Shown here: piece after piece, positions 40,203 to 48,669 of the stretch
Layout of the letters: each line of letters begins with the position of its first letter
How positions within the stretch are numbered: the first letter of the stretch is position 1
Origin: an uncultured virus (IMG/VR IMGVR_UViG_3300044612_002233)
Taxonomy: Duplodnaviria > Heunggongvirae > Uroviricota > Caudoviricetes
DNA: 64,000 nucleotides
IMG/VR virus record: IMGVR_UViG_3300044612_002233
Coordinates: 1 to 64,000 of that record
Reading direction: 5' to 3' (one strand)
Program-made: the position numbers and the translations under genes
The notes under the pieces: generated by a model
The model's input: only the letters and a program-made list of their open reading frames with translations
Database searches by the model: none
What the model was told of the DNA's origin: nothing

Positions 40203-41614
40203 CAAAAACATATTCAGTTCTTCATGCTCATTCTCACTATAGTCTTTTAGATGGAATTAGTAAGCCTAGTCAAATAGCAGAGAGATGTGTTAATGCCGGA
40301 ATTAAAACCTGTGCAATAACTGATCATGGAACTATTTCCGGATGTGTTCAGTTCTATCAGGCTATGAAAGCCAAAAAAATTAAGCCAATATTAGGTTGCG
40401 AACTTTACATACCTAAAAATGATTCATTCGTTAAAGAGAAAGAGAATAATAATCTGAGTCACTTCTTAGTTCTTGCTAAAAATTTAGCCGGATGGAGGAC
40501 TCTTGTAAAAATCATATCTGAAACTAATAGAATAGACAACTTCTATCATAAGCCTAGAATTAGTTTTGATAGATTGGCACCTATGCTGGACGGAAATATA
40601 ATAGGATTTTGCGGACATTTAGGATCTAGCATATCCGATTTGGTTGAAGAAAATCCTGATAACTATACTGATAAGACAATATCCTTTATAGACTATATGA
40701 AAGAAATATTTGGCAAAGATAATTTCTTTCTAGAAGCTCAACTTATGGATCAGGAACTGAATCCTAAACAAAAAGAAATGACAGATATAATGAGACAATT
40801 ATCTGTTAAGACTAAAACTAAAATAATAGCCACTCCAGATGCTCACTATTGTGAAAGAAAAGATGCTATTGATCAAAGGATTTTATTATGTAATAATCTT
40901 AAGACAACTTTGATAGACATAAATAAGAAACTCTTGGCTAATGAGGACGTTCCAATGAGTTGTTTCTTCAAATCAGATAATTATCATATTCCAGATCCAG
41001 AAGAAATGATAGAATGGCATACCAAAGAAGAAATTGAAAATACTTTATATGTTGATTCAATGTGTGAGGAATATTCTATTCTTAGTAAACCACTACTTCC
41101 TGCTTTTGAATGTCCAAATAATTCCAATCCAGAAGAATATCTGAGACAATTATGTAGAGATGGTTGGAGAGAAAAGATAATGAATGATATTCCAGAATCT
41201 GAGCATACCAAATATGCAGACAGAGTAAAATTAGAATTAGATATTTTACAAAAAGCTGGACTATCTAGTTACTTTCTTATAGTACAAGATATTGTAAACT
41301 ATGTTAAAAAGAGCGGGTGGCTTCCAGGCCCAGGAAGAGGATGTTTTGTGCCTGATACGAACGTTAAAATGCACGACGGCACAACAAAAAAGATCTATCA
41401 AATCAATATAGGAGACATTATAATAGATGCCTATGGAAATCCCCAGGAAGTTTATGATACTTTGCAGTATGATATTAATGAAGATATTATTGAATTAATA
41501 TTTGAAAATGAAAAAACTATTAGATGCACTAAAGACCATAAATTTTTAACAAAAAATAGAGGGTGGGTAGAGGCCCAACATCTATCAAATATAGATGATA
41601 TTGTAGAAGTTTAA
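40199..41614 (+). CDS. dnaE: DNA polymerase III alpha, fragment 1 (PHP + start of palm) fused to split-intein N half
   Basis: HAHSHYSLLDG, AITDHG, KPILGCE, DAHY, YFLIVQD, GPGRG then CFVPDT. Confidence 0.93.
   Translation: MTKTYSVLHAHSHYSLLDGISKPSQIAERCVNAGIKTCAITDHGTISGCVQFYQAMKAKKIKPILGCELYIPKNDSFVKEKENNNLSHFLVLAKNLAGWRTLVKIISETNRIDNFYHKPRISFDRLAPMLDGNIIGFCGHLGSSISDLVEENPDNYTDKTISFIDYMKEIFGKDNFFLEAQLMDQELNPKQKEMTDIMRQLSVKTKTKIIATPDAHYCERKDAIDQRILLCNNLKTTLIDINKKLLANEDVPMSCFFKSDNYHIPDPEEMIEWHTKEEIENTLYVDSMCEEYSILSKPLLPAFECPNNSNPEEYLRQLCRDGWREKIMNDIPESEHTKYADRVKLELDILQKAGLSSYFLIVQDIVNYVKKSGWLPGPGRGCFVPDTNVKMHDGTTKKIYQINIGDIIIDAYGNPQEVYDTLQYDINEDIIELIFENEKTIRCTKDHKFLTKNRGWVEAQHLSNIDDIVEV
41342..41611 (+). 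mobile_element. Split intein N half (90 aa)
   Basis: Block A CFVPDTNVKMHDG, block B IRCTKDHKFLT, GWVEA..L...D.I, then stop. Confidence 0.92.
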
Positions 41615-41637
41615 AAAGAACCCCTTCCTAGACTTTT

Positions 41638-41653
41638 GGTGTATGTTTATATA
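41638..41653 (+). promoter_or_regulatory. Putative phage promoter for the endonuclease
   Basis: GGTGTAtgtttatata, between the IntN stop and endonuclease ATG. Confidence 0.55.
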
Positions 41654-41663
41654 GAGAAATATT

Positions 41664-42473
41664 ATGAAAAATATAACATTCAAATTTCTAGAAAATAATA
41701 ACTTTAAATTTAAGGGATTCAGTAATACCCCCATAAAGGATCAATGCATAACATGTCAAAAAATATTTGAATATAAAAAACTTAAAAAATTTCTAAGAAA
41801 TAGACTATCCTTGCCCACTTCTCAGTGGTGTCAATGTCATAAATGTTTTTTAAAATTTAGAACTATTAATAATCCAGAATGGATGGAGAGTAATCGAAAA
41901 GCACAGCTTATAGCACAAAATAAACCAGAGCAAAAAAAGAAAAATGCTCTAGGAGTGTCAAGAAGCTGGGATAATAAGAGAAAAAAGAAAGCTTCAATCT
42001 ATCTAAAAAATAGATGGAAAACAGATCAAAAATTTGCCCAAAAAGCCAGATCAAATTTAAAAATTAATGATACTCAACATATAAAAAATACATTTGGAAT
42101 TGGTGGACTAAAAGGATTTTATAATGAAATATACTATGATAGCGCATTAGAGTTATCGTATTTATTATGGTGTGAACAACTTAGTATTCCAATTAAAAGA
42201 TATGATCTAGATCCAATACAATACGAAATATCAAATAAACAAAAGTTATATTTTCCAGATTTCATTATCCATGAGGACATAGTGGTAGAGATAAAAGGTA
42301 AGGGCTTGTATTTTGCTAAAAATAAAGAACAAAATTTAGCGAAAACTGCAGAAGCCAAGAAAAAACTAAAAAATAAATTTATAATAATATTTGATCAAGA
42401 CAAAGAAGTTAAAACCTACTATAAAAAAGCCAGAAAATTACATCATGAAATTAAAAAGCAAAAAGATAATTAA
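41664..42473 (+). CDS. Free-standing putative homing endonuclease (TnsA-N-like PD-(D/E)XK) between intein halves
   Basis: CITC...CQCHKC, basic middle, YDSALE...YFPDF...VEIKG. Confidence 0.8.
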   Translation: MKNITFKFLENNNFKFKGFSNTPIKDQCITCQKIFEYKKLKKFLRNRLSLPTSQWCQCHKCFLKFRTINNPEWMESNRKAQLIAQNKPEQKKKNALGVSRSWDNKRKKKASIYLKNRWKTDQKFAQKARSNLKINDTQHIKNTFGIGGLKGFYNEIYYDSALELSYLLWCEQLSIPIKRYDLDPIQYEISNKQKLYFPDFIIHEDIVVEIKGKGLYFAKNKEQNLAKTAEAKKKLKNKFIIIFDQDKEVKTYYKKARKLHHEIKKQKDN

Positions 42474-42552
42474 GAATCACACAGGAAAAGTCCACGATAT
42501 CTCTGTTAAAAATTCTGCATCCTATAATGTAGAGGGGTTGGGAGTACATAAT
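42445..42552 (+). mobile_element. Split intein C half (36 aa)
   Basis: MKLKSKKIIKNHTGKVHDISVKNSASYNVEGLGVHN: block F VHDISV, block G VHN, +1 Ser. Confidence 0.92.
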
Positions 42553-43278
42553 TCTGCTGCAGGATGTTTAGTATCATATCTTATTGGTATTACTCAAATT
42601 GATCCTATAAAATATGATTTACTGTTTGAAAGATTTTATAATGAGGGCCGTAATACTGCAGATCATATCTCCATGCCAGATATTGATGTTGACGTTCCAA
42701 TTAATAAAAGAGAACAGATCATTGAATATATTAAAAATAAGTATGGTTCAGACAAGGTGTCTCAGATGATTACATTTAATACCATGAAAGGTAGAGGGGC
42801 CTTAAAGGAAGTATTAAGAGTATATGATAATATTTCTTTTGAAGAAATGAATAGAATAACAAAGTTCATTCCTGACGAAGCAAAAATTGCTGACGAATTA
42901 CAGGAAATGAAAGAAGATACGGGAGAGGCATCAATTATCAGGTGGGCACTAGAAAACAATGTTGACAAACTGAAGGAGTGGTGCTATATTAGTGATGATG
43001 GTTCTCTTTCTGGGCCTTTGGCGAAAAGGTTTGAACAAGCCATACGACTTGAAGGAACAAAATCTAATCAGTCAAAACATGCTGCCGGTGTAGTTATTAG
43101 TAGTCAAAGTCTCAGTGCTGTTTGTCCTATGGTTTATGATTCAAAAAATAAACAAGCAATAGCAGGGATGGAGATGCAAGATTTGGAAAATCTAGGTTTG
43201 ATTAAATTTGATATTCTAGGAATAGCTTATTTGGATAAAATGATGTGTGTTTCCGATTTACTAAAAAATGGTGTATAA
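42445..43278 (+). CDS. dnaE: Split-intein C half fused to DNA polymerase III alpha fragment 2 (palm/thumb)
   Basis: ...GLGVHN|SAAGCLVSYLIGITQIDP, LLFERF, MPDIDVD, SKHAAGVVI, LIKFDILG. Confidence 0.93.
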   Translation: MKLKSKKIIKNHTGKVHDISVKNSASYNVEGLGVHNSAAGCLVSYLIGITQIDPIKYDLLFERFYNEGRNTADHISMPDIDVDVPINKREQIIEYIKNKYGSDKVSQMITFNTMKGRGALKEVLRVYDNISFEEMNRITKFIPDEAKIADELQEMKEDTGEASIIRWALENNVDKLKEWCYISDDGSLSGPLAKRFEQAIRLEGTKSNQSKHAAGVVISSQSLSAVCPMVYDSKNKQAIAGMEMQDLENLGLIKFDILGIAYLDKMMCVSDLLKNGV

Positions 43279-43285
43279 CATTATA
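43270..43285 (+). promoter_or_regulatory. Putative phage promoter for the second endonuclease
   Basis: GGTGTAtaacattata overlapping the dnaE-2 stop; AAGGA RBS follows. Confidence 0.5.
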
Positions 43286-43311
43286 TCAATTTTTATAAAG
43301 GAAACTACTAT

Positions 43312-43995
43312 ATGAATAAAAAAGACTTAAAAAGAATGTTATATCAGGAAAATAAAACTCAAAGAGAAATTTCTAAAATTTATCTATGCTCTGAGTCTCT
43401 AATAAGCCAAAAAGTAAAGCACTATGGTTTACAAAAAGACATATCAGATGATTATATTGGAAAAAAGTTTCATTCTCTGCAACCTATTGAATACCTAGGT
43501 AAAGACAAAAATAGCCATGCTATATTTTTATGTGTTTGTGATTGCGGTCAAACAAAAACAGTATTAGGAAATTCTTTAAAGAATGGAAATAGCAAAAGCT
43601 GTGGATGCAAGTCTCGTAAAAGAGGAAAAGAACATAAACTATATTCTGGATATGAAGAAATAAGATCAGAATACTGGGGCAGGGTATTACGCGGGGCTAA
43701 AGATCGAGGAATTGATGTAAAAATTACTATTAAAGAAGCATGGGAAATTTTCTTACAACAAGACAGAAAATGTGCATTAAGTGGTGAAATATTATATTTT
43801 CCATATACAAGAAAAACTTCTAAATATAGCACAGCATCTTTGGACAGGATAGATTCAAATGGACACTACGAAAAAGATAATGTACAATGGATTCACAAAA
43901 AATTAAATACTATGAAGATGAATATGACAGAACATGAATTTTTAAATTGGTGTAAAAAAATAAGTATTAATAAAAAATTATGCAAAGGAGAATAA
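43312..43995 (+). CDS. Putative HNH-type homing endonuclease
   Basis: N-terminal HTH, CVCDCG...SCGC, CALSG...SLDRIDS...NVQWIH...NTMK. Confidence 0.75.
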   Translation: MNKKDLKRMLYQENKTQREISKIYLCSESLISQKVKHYGLQKDISDDYIGKKFHSLQPIEYLGKDKNSHAIFLCVCDCGQTKTVLGNSLKNGNSKSCGCKSRKRGKEHKLYSGYEEIRSEYWGRVLRGAKDRGIDVKITIKEAWEIFLQQDRKCALSGEILYFPYTRKTSKYSTASLDRIDSNGHYEKDNVQWIHKKLNTMKMNMTEHEFLNWCKKISINKKLCKGE

Positions 43996-43996
43996 A

Positions 43997-44176
43997 ATGC
44001 AAAAACAATTTCATGAACTAGCGATTGGTGATAGATTCACAGTTAATGGTGTTGAATATATTAAAACTGAAGAAGTTAGAGTTAGCTGTTGCAGAAGTAT
44101 CAATTGTTATGCTGCTTCTGATGCTAATCAAAAAGGACATTTTCCAGGAAATACAGAAGTTACAATAAATGGCTAA
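43997..44176 (+). CDS. Small 59-aa protein (not in ORF track)
   Basis: AGGAG RBS; MQKQFHELAIGDRFTVNGVEYIK...SCCRSINC...; overlaps the next start. Confidence 0.7.
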   Translation: MQKQFHELAIGDRFTVNGVEYIKTEEVRVSCCRSINCYAASDANQKGHFPGNTEVTING

Positions 44177-44864
44177 TCTACAAAAAATTTGTGTCTTTGA
44201 TTTGGAAACGGACGGAGTTAATCCTGATCTTTGTAGTCCAGTTCAAATTGCTGCGGTTATGGTCGATCCATTAAAATTAGAAATAGTTAAAGATTCAGAA
44301 TTTAACATTACTGTTAAGCCATCGGTTTTAGAAGAGAAACCAGAATACTCTTATTCTGATTCTGATGTTCTAGACTTTCACGCTAAAGTGAGAGGTAGTA
44401 CAAAAGATCAAATTTTAGAATCATGGAAGTCATATCAAAAACAAGAACACGGATGGAATATGTTCATATCATACTTAGATATGTATCATATAAGATCCAA
44501 CGGAAAGAAATCTTGTTTCACAGCACCAATAGCAGCTGGTTATAATATCAATAGATTTGATCTAAGGATAATAGAAAGATTAAGTCAAAGATATAATAAT
44601 CTGAATAAAGAGGGAAGATCATCTTTATTCTATCCTAGAGACGTAATAGATATTATGAATTTAATATTTTATTGGTTTGAAGGAAATAATGAACTGAAAA
44701 ACTATACACTAGACAACCTTAGAGATTATCTTGGTATAGACAAAGAAGGTGCTCACGATGCCCTCAAGGATGTTAAGGATACTGCAAATATTTTAATTAG
44801 ATTCTTAAAGTTGCACAGGGGACTGTCGAATAAGATTAAGTTTAAATCATCATTTATTGGATAA
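44169..44864 (+). CDS. dnaQ: DEDDh 3'-5' exonuclease (DnaQ/epsilon-like)
   Basis: FDLETDG, GYNINRFD, AHDALKD. Confidence 0.85.
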   Translation: MANLQKICVFDLETDGVNPDLCSPVQIAAVMVDPLKLEIVKDSEFNITVKPSVLEEKPEYSYSDSDVLDFHAKVRGSTKDQILESWKSYQKQEHGWNMFISYLDMYHIRSNGKKSCFTAPIAAGYNINRFDLRIIERLSQRYNNLNKEGRSSLFYPRDVIDIMNLIFYWFEGNNELKNYTLDNLRDYLGIDKEGAHDALKDVKDTANILIRFLKLHRGLSNKIKFKSSFIG

Positions 44865-44872
44865 ATTAATTA

Positions 44873-46498
44873 ATGGGTAAGTTTTTTACTTTTGATTGTG
44901 GTTGTAAGTTTCCGGTTATAAACGATAATGAGAATTTTCCAAGAATAGATTTTTCTCCAAAATTATCTAATATCAACCTTAACTGTGAAAAAACATGGGA
45001 TTTAATATCTCTTGGTAATACCAAGGGATGTTTTCAGCTAGAGTCCAGACTAGGCCAAACAATGGCCAGAAAACTCAAGCCCCATAATATTGAGCAGTTA
45101 TCCGGGTTGATTAGTATTCTCAGGCCAGGATGTCTTGAGGCTATGAGAGATGGTAAAAGCGTATCAAACCATTATATTGATAAAAAAAATGGATTGGCGT
45201 CTATTGACTATTTCCATACTGCTTTAGAACCTATTCTTAAAGATACATATTCTGAAATGATTTATCAAGAACAGGCGATGTCTATTGCTAAAGAATTAGC
45301 TGGATTTAATCTTAAAGAAGCAGACGATCTTAGAAAAGCAATTGGCAAAAAACAAGCAGATAAAATGGCTAAGGTTAAAGAACAATTTATTATTGGTTCT
45401 AAAAATAAGGGACTAATAAATGAAAAGGAAGCAGAACAAATTTTTGAATGGATTGAAAAAAGTCAAAGATATTTATTTAATGCTAGTCATTCTATTAGTT
45501 ATGCAATGAATGCTTATTTATCTGCGTATGCTAAGGCGCATTTTCCAAGAGTCTTTTTTGCTTCGTATCTTAGGTTTGCCAAAGATAAAATAGATCCTCA
45601 ACAAGAGATTAAAGAGTTGGTTAGAAATGCTATTGAAATGGATATTGAAATAAGAATACCAGACTTTAGAAATTTGAACGAATTATTCATACTCAAGGAT
45701 AAAAAGATATATTTTGGATTAACAGACATTAAAGGTGTTGGTAACTCAGTATATAAAAAGATTATTGATCTTGTTAAGAATTGTGATGTTAATGAATTAT
45801 CTTGGTCACAAACCATGTCTATAGTTCTTTTAAATATAAACTCTATTGCGGCCAAAGCAATGATTAGTTGTGGGGCATTTGACTATTTTAAAAAGAATAG
45901 ATCAGAATTGTTATTTGAATATGAAATATGCAGTGGATTAACAAAGAAAGAGTTGGGGTCTTTTAAGGACTATATATCTGTTAACTCTGATGCTGGAATA
46001 TTAGATATATTAAGATATATATATGACAATACTAAGCTAATAAAAGGCAGGAAAGAGGCTATTAATAATTATATACAATCTATGATACGTCCTCCGTATT
46101 CTTTGGTTGATAAAATAGAATGGCTATCTGATTCAGAAAATGGCCTACTTGGGGTGGGAATTACTTGTTCCAAATTAGATGTTTATGATGTAAGTTCTGC
46201 GAATTGTAATTGTAAAACTTTTAAAACGTCTTTAATTAAAGATAACATTATATTAGTTGGTGAAATTTCTAATATCAATGTTACCAAAACAAAAAATGGT
46301 AAAAACCCTGGATTAGAGATGGCATTTGTAACGATTGAGGACCAGTTTGGTACGCTAGATACTGTGGTCTTTTTTCCAGAACCATTTTCTCAATATAGAT
46401 CGTATTTATTTATAGGAAGCATACTTGTATTTTCTGGTAATCGTAGCAAGTCGAAGGATGGGCTGATTGTGGAGAAGTGCTTTAATCCAGTTTCTTGA
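44873..46498 (+). CDS. dnaE: DNA polymerase III alpha, fragment 3 (fingers, HhH, OB)
   Basis: GCFQLES, ILRPG, IYQEQ, ADDLRKAIGKK, YLFNASH, FGLTDIKGVG, MAFVTIED. Confidence 0.92.
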   Translation: MGKFFTFDCGCKFPVINDNENFPRIDFSPKLSNINLNCEKTWDLISLGNTKGCFQLESRLGQTMARKLKPHNIEQLSGLISILRPGCLEAMRDGKSVSNHYIDKKNGLASIDYFHTALEPILKDTYSEMIYQEQAMSIAKELAGFNLKEADDLRKAIGKKQADKMAKVKEQFIIGSKNKGLINEKEAEQIFEWIEKSQRYLFNASHSISYAMNAYLSAYAKAHFPRVFFASYLRFAKDKIDPQQEIKELVRNAIEMDIEIRIPDFRNLNELFILKDKKIYFGLTDIKGVGNSVYKKIIDLVKNCDVNELSWSQTMSIVLLNINSIAAKAMISCGAFDYFKKNRSELLFEYEICSGLTKKELGSFKDYISVNSDAGILDILRYIYDNTKLIKGRKEAINNYIQSMIRPPYSLVDKIEWLSDSENGLLGVGITCSKLDVYDVSSANCNCKTFKTSLIKDNIILVGEISNINVTKTKNGKNPGLEMAFVTIEDQFGTLDTVVFFPEPFSQYRSYLFIGSILVFSGNRSKSKDGLIVEKCFNPVS

Positions 46499-46522
46499 CA
46501 GTCTACGGCGGTGGTTTATAAT
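46495..46522 (+). promoter_or_regulatory. Consensus sigma70 promoter for ssb
   Basis: TTGACA-16 nt-TATAAT; AAGGAG RBS downstream. Confidence 0.75.
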
Positions 46523-46560
46523 ATGGTAGTTGCGAGTTTTCTTTCTTAAGGAGTTGATTT

Positions 46561-46932
46561 ATGAATATTACGTTGCTAAAGGGTAATCTTGCTAGGGATC
46601 CAGAACTAAGAAATGTAAATACTGGAGGAAAGCAAACATCAGTAGTTAATTTTACTGTTGCTGTTTCTCGTGAGTATACAAAGGCTAGTGGAGACAAGGA
46701 TAAGATTACTTCCTTTATAAATTGCGAAGCATGGGATAGCGGTGCTGAGATGATTGCTGAGTCATTCAAGAAGGGCGATTTGGTTATGGTCGAAGGATCT
46801 CTTAGAAATGATTCGTGGGAAAAGGATGGAGTTAAGCACAGTAGTCTAAAGGTTAGAGTAAATAACTTTTCAAAGATTACAAGACTTTCTAAGAATTCCA
46901 GACAGGATTCACAAGAGCCGGTGGCATTCTGA
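46561..46932 (+). CDS. ssb: Single-stranded DNA-binding protein
   Basis: GNLARDPELR, FINCEAW, KGDLVMVEGSL, C-terminal PVAF. Confidence 0.93.
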   Translation: MNITLLKGNLARDPELRNVNTGGKQTSVVNFTVAVSREYTKASGDKDKITSFINCEAWDSGAEMIAESFKKGDLVMVEGSLRNDSWEKDGVKHSSLKVRVNNFSKITRLSKNSRQDSQEPVAF

Positions 46933-46957
46933 TAAAGATATTTAAACCCTTTTAAAG

Positions 46958-46992
46958 ATATGGGGGTGCTAATACCACCCCTGTATTTTTAT
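46958..46992 (+). terminator. Rho-independent terminator after ssb
   Basis: ATATGGGGGTG-ctaatac-CACCCCTGTAT followed by a T tract. Confidence 0.7.
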
Positions 46993-46998
46993 CTTCTT

Positions 46999-48669
46999 AT
47001 GACAAAACCAAAACTTAAAATCTTGATGTGTTCTGAAGCCAGTTTCATAAATTCTGGTTTTGGAATTTATACTAAGGAGCTTCTTAATAGACTGTACGAT
47101 ACCAATAAGTACGATATAGCAGAATTTGCTTCGTATGGATTTGTTAATGATCCAAGAGATACTTCTATAAGATGGAAGTATTATGCTAATGCCGTAAAGG
47201 ATGGAGATCCTAGACACAAAGAATATTCTTCTAGGGGAGATAACCAATTTGGAAGGTGGAGATTTGAAAAAGTTTTGTTGGATTTTAAGCCAGATGTTGT
47301 TATTGACATAAGAGATTATTGGATGACGGCTTATCAAAGAACGTCCCCACTACGTAAGTTTTTTCATTGGATACTTATGCCAACAGTAGACTCTTCTCCA
47401 CAACAAGAAGAATGGATTGATACTTTCTTAGACGCAGATGCTATATTTACATATTCTGATTGGGGTGCAAAAGTATTACAAGACCAAGCATCTGGTAAAA
47501 TCAACTATATCGATACAGCATCCCCAGGAATAGACTGTGATATTTTCAAGCCAAAAGACAGAAATACAATCAGATCAGCTTTTGGAATAAGTGAAAATAG
47601 TTTTGTTGTTGGTTCAGTAATGAGGAACCAAAAGAGAAAATTAATTCCTGAACTTTTTTCAACTTTCAGAATTGTTCTAGATAAATTAGAATCAAATAAT
47701 AATAAAGAGCTAGCAGATAAAATGTTCCTGTATCTGCATACTAGCTATCCAGATATGGGATGGGATATACCAGAGATACTAAGACAAAATAGACTAACCA
47801 ATAAGGTATTGTTCACATATCTATGCAAAAATTGTGGTAATGTTTCTTGCTCAAAATTCCAAGGACCAACTAAAGTATGTGAGAGATGTCTAGCAAAAGC
47901 CAGCGGCTTCCCATCTGTTACAGACGGGGTTAGCTCTGAGCAATTAAGTAATATATATAATATATTTGATATGTATGTACAGTATTCTATTTGCGAAGGA
48001 TTTGGTATGCCCCAAGTTGAGGCTGGTGCTTGCGGTGTCCCTATTGCTACAGTAAATTATAGCGCTATGTGTGACATAGTAGATAAGTTGAATGCTTATC
48101 CTATAAAAATTAAATCAGCATTCAAAGAATTAGAGACCAAGGCTATAAGAGTATATCCAGACAATAATGATCTTGCTGAATACATTTTAGACCTAGCATC
48201 TCAACCAAAACCAGTTCTTAATAAAAAAAGATTTGAAACTCATGAATTGACACATAAATATTATGATTGGAACAATGCTTTTAAGAAATGGGAAAAATAT
48301 CTAGATAGTTTAGATTCCTCCGGCTATAGGTCAAATTGGAATGCTGGAGAATATCTGGAGCCATTAAATACCCAGATCAATAATCCTAACAATAGTAATT
48401 TTGATAATCTTTTACATATTTTAAACGATAATATGAAAAATGCATCAATGATTGGGAGTCAAAAGATTCTAGAACTATTGAACAGTTCAGATTATGGGTT
48501 TGTTCAAAATGGACCAACAAGTATTCTTGGATATAGTTTTCAAGATCTTAAAGAATATATTAGAACAAATATAGAGAATAATAACCAAGCAAAACAAGCC
48601 AAAGACAGTGATATTAAATTTGATGAAGATTTTATCTTATATGCAAAATTAAAGAATAAACAACAATGA
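46999..48669 (+). CDS. GT4 glycosyltransferase with zinc-finger insertion
   Basis: SGFG, RNQKRK, CKNC...CERC, EGFGMPQVEAGACGVP. Confidence 0.85.
   Translation: MTKPKLKILMCSEASFINSGFGIYTKELLNRLYDTNKYDIAEFASYGFVNDPRDTSIRWKYYANAVKDGDPRHKEYSSRGDNQFGRWRFEKVLLDFKPDVVIDIRDYWMTAYQRTSPLRKFFHWILMPTVDSSPQQEEWIDTFLDADAIFTYSDWGAKVLQDQASGKINYIDTASPGIDCDIFKPKDRNTIRSAFGISENSFVVGSVMRNQKRKLIPELFSTFRIVLDKLESNNNKELADKMFLYLHTSYPDMGWDIPEILRQNRLTNKVLFTYLCKNCGNVSCSKFQGPTKVCERCLAKASGFPSVTDGVSSEQLSNIYNIFDMYVQYSICEGFGMPQVEAGACGVPIATVNYSAMCDIVDKLNAYPIKIKSAFKELETKAIRVYPDNNDLAEYILDLASQPKPVLNKKRFETHELTHKYYDWNNAFKKWEKYLDSLDSSGYRSNWNAGEYLEPLNTQINNPNNSNFDNLLHILNDNMKNASMIGSQKILELLNSSDYGFVQNGPTSILGYSFQDLKEYIRTNIENNNQAKQAKDSDIKFDEDFILYAKLKNKQQ

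Noticed and set aside
42391..42444. TTG start for IntC-DnaE2 given in the ORF track
   Set aside because: ATG 42445 gives a typical 36-aa IntC; the extension lies inside the endonuclease gene
43279..44872. Group I intron joining dnaE fragments 2 and 3
   Set aside because: The interval is almost fully occupied by three ORFs, including a housekeeping exonuclease, leaving no room for a ribozyme core; not formally excluded without RT-PCR
40199..46498. dnaE pseudogene
   Set aside because: All catalytic motifs are present, the summed length is full, and the intein ends are intact
46960..46998. Upstream ATG for the GT4 gene
   Set aside because: It lies within the terminator hairpin; ATG 46999 is more plausible
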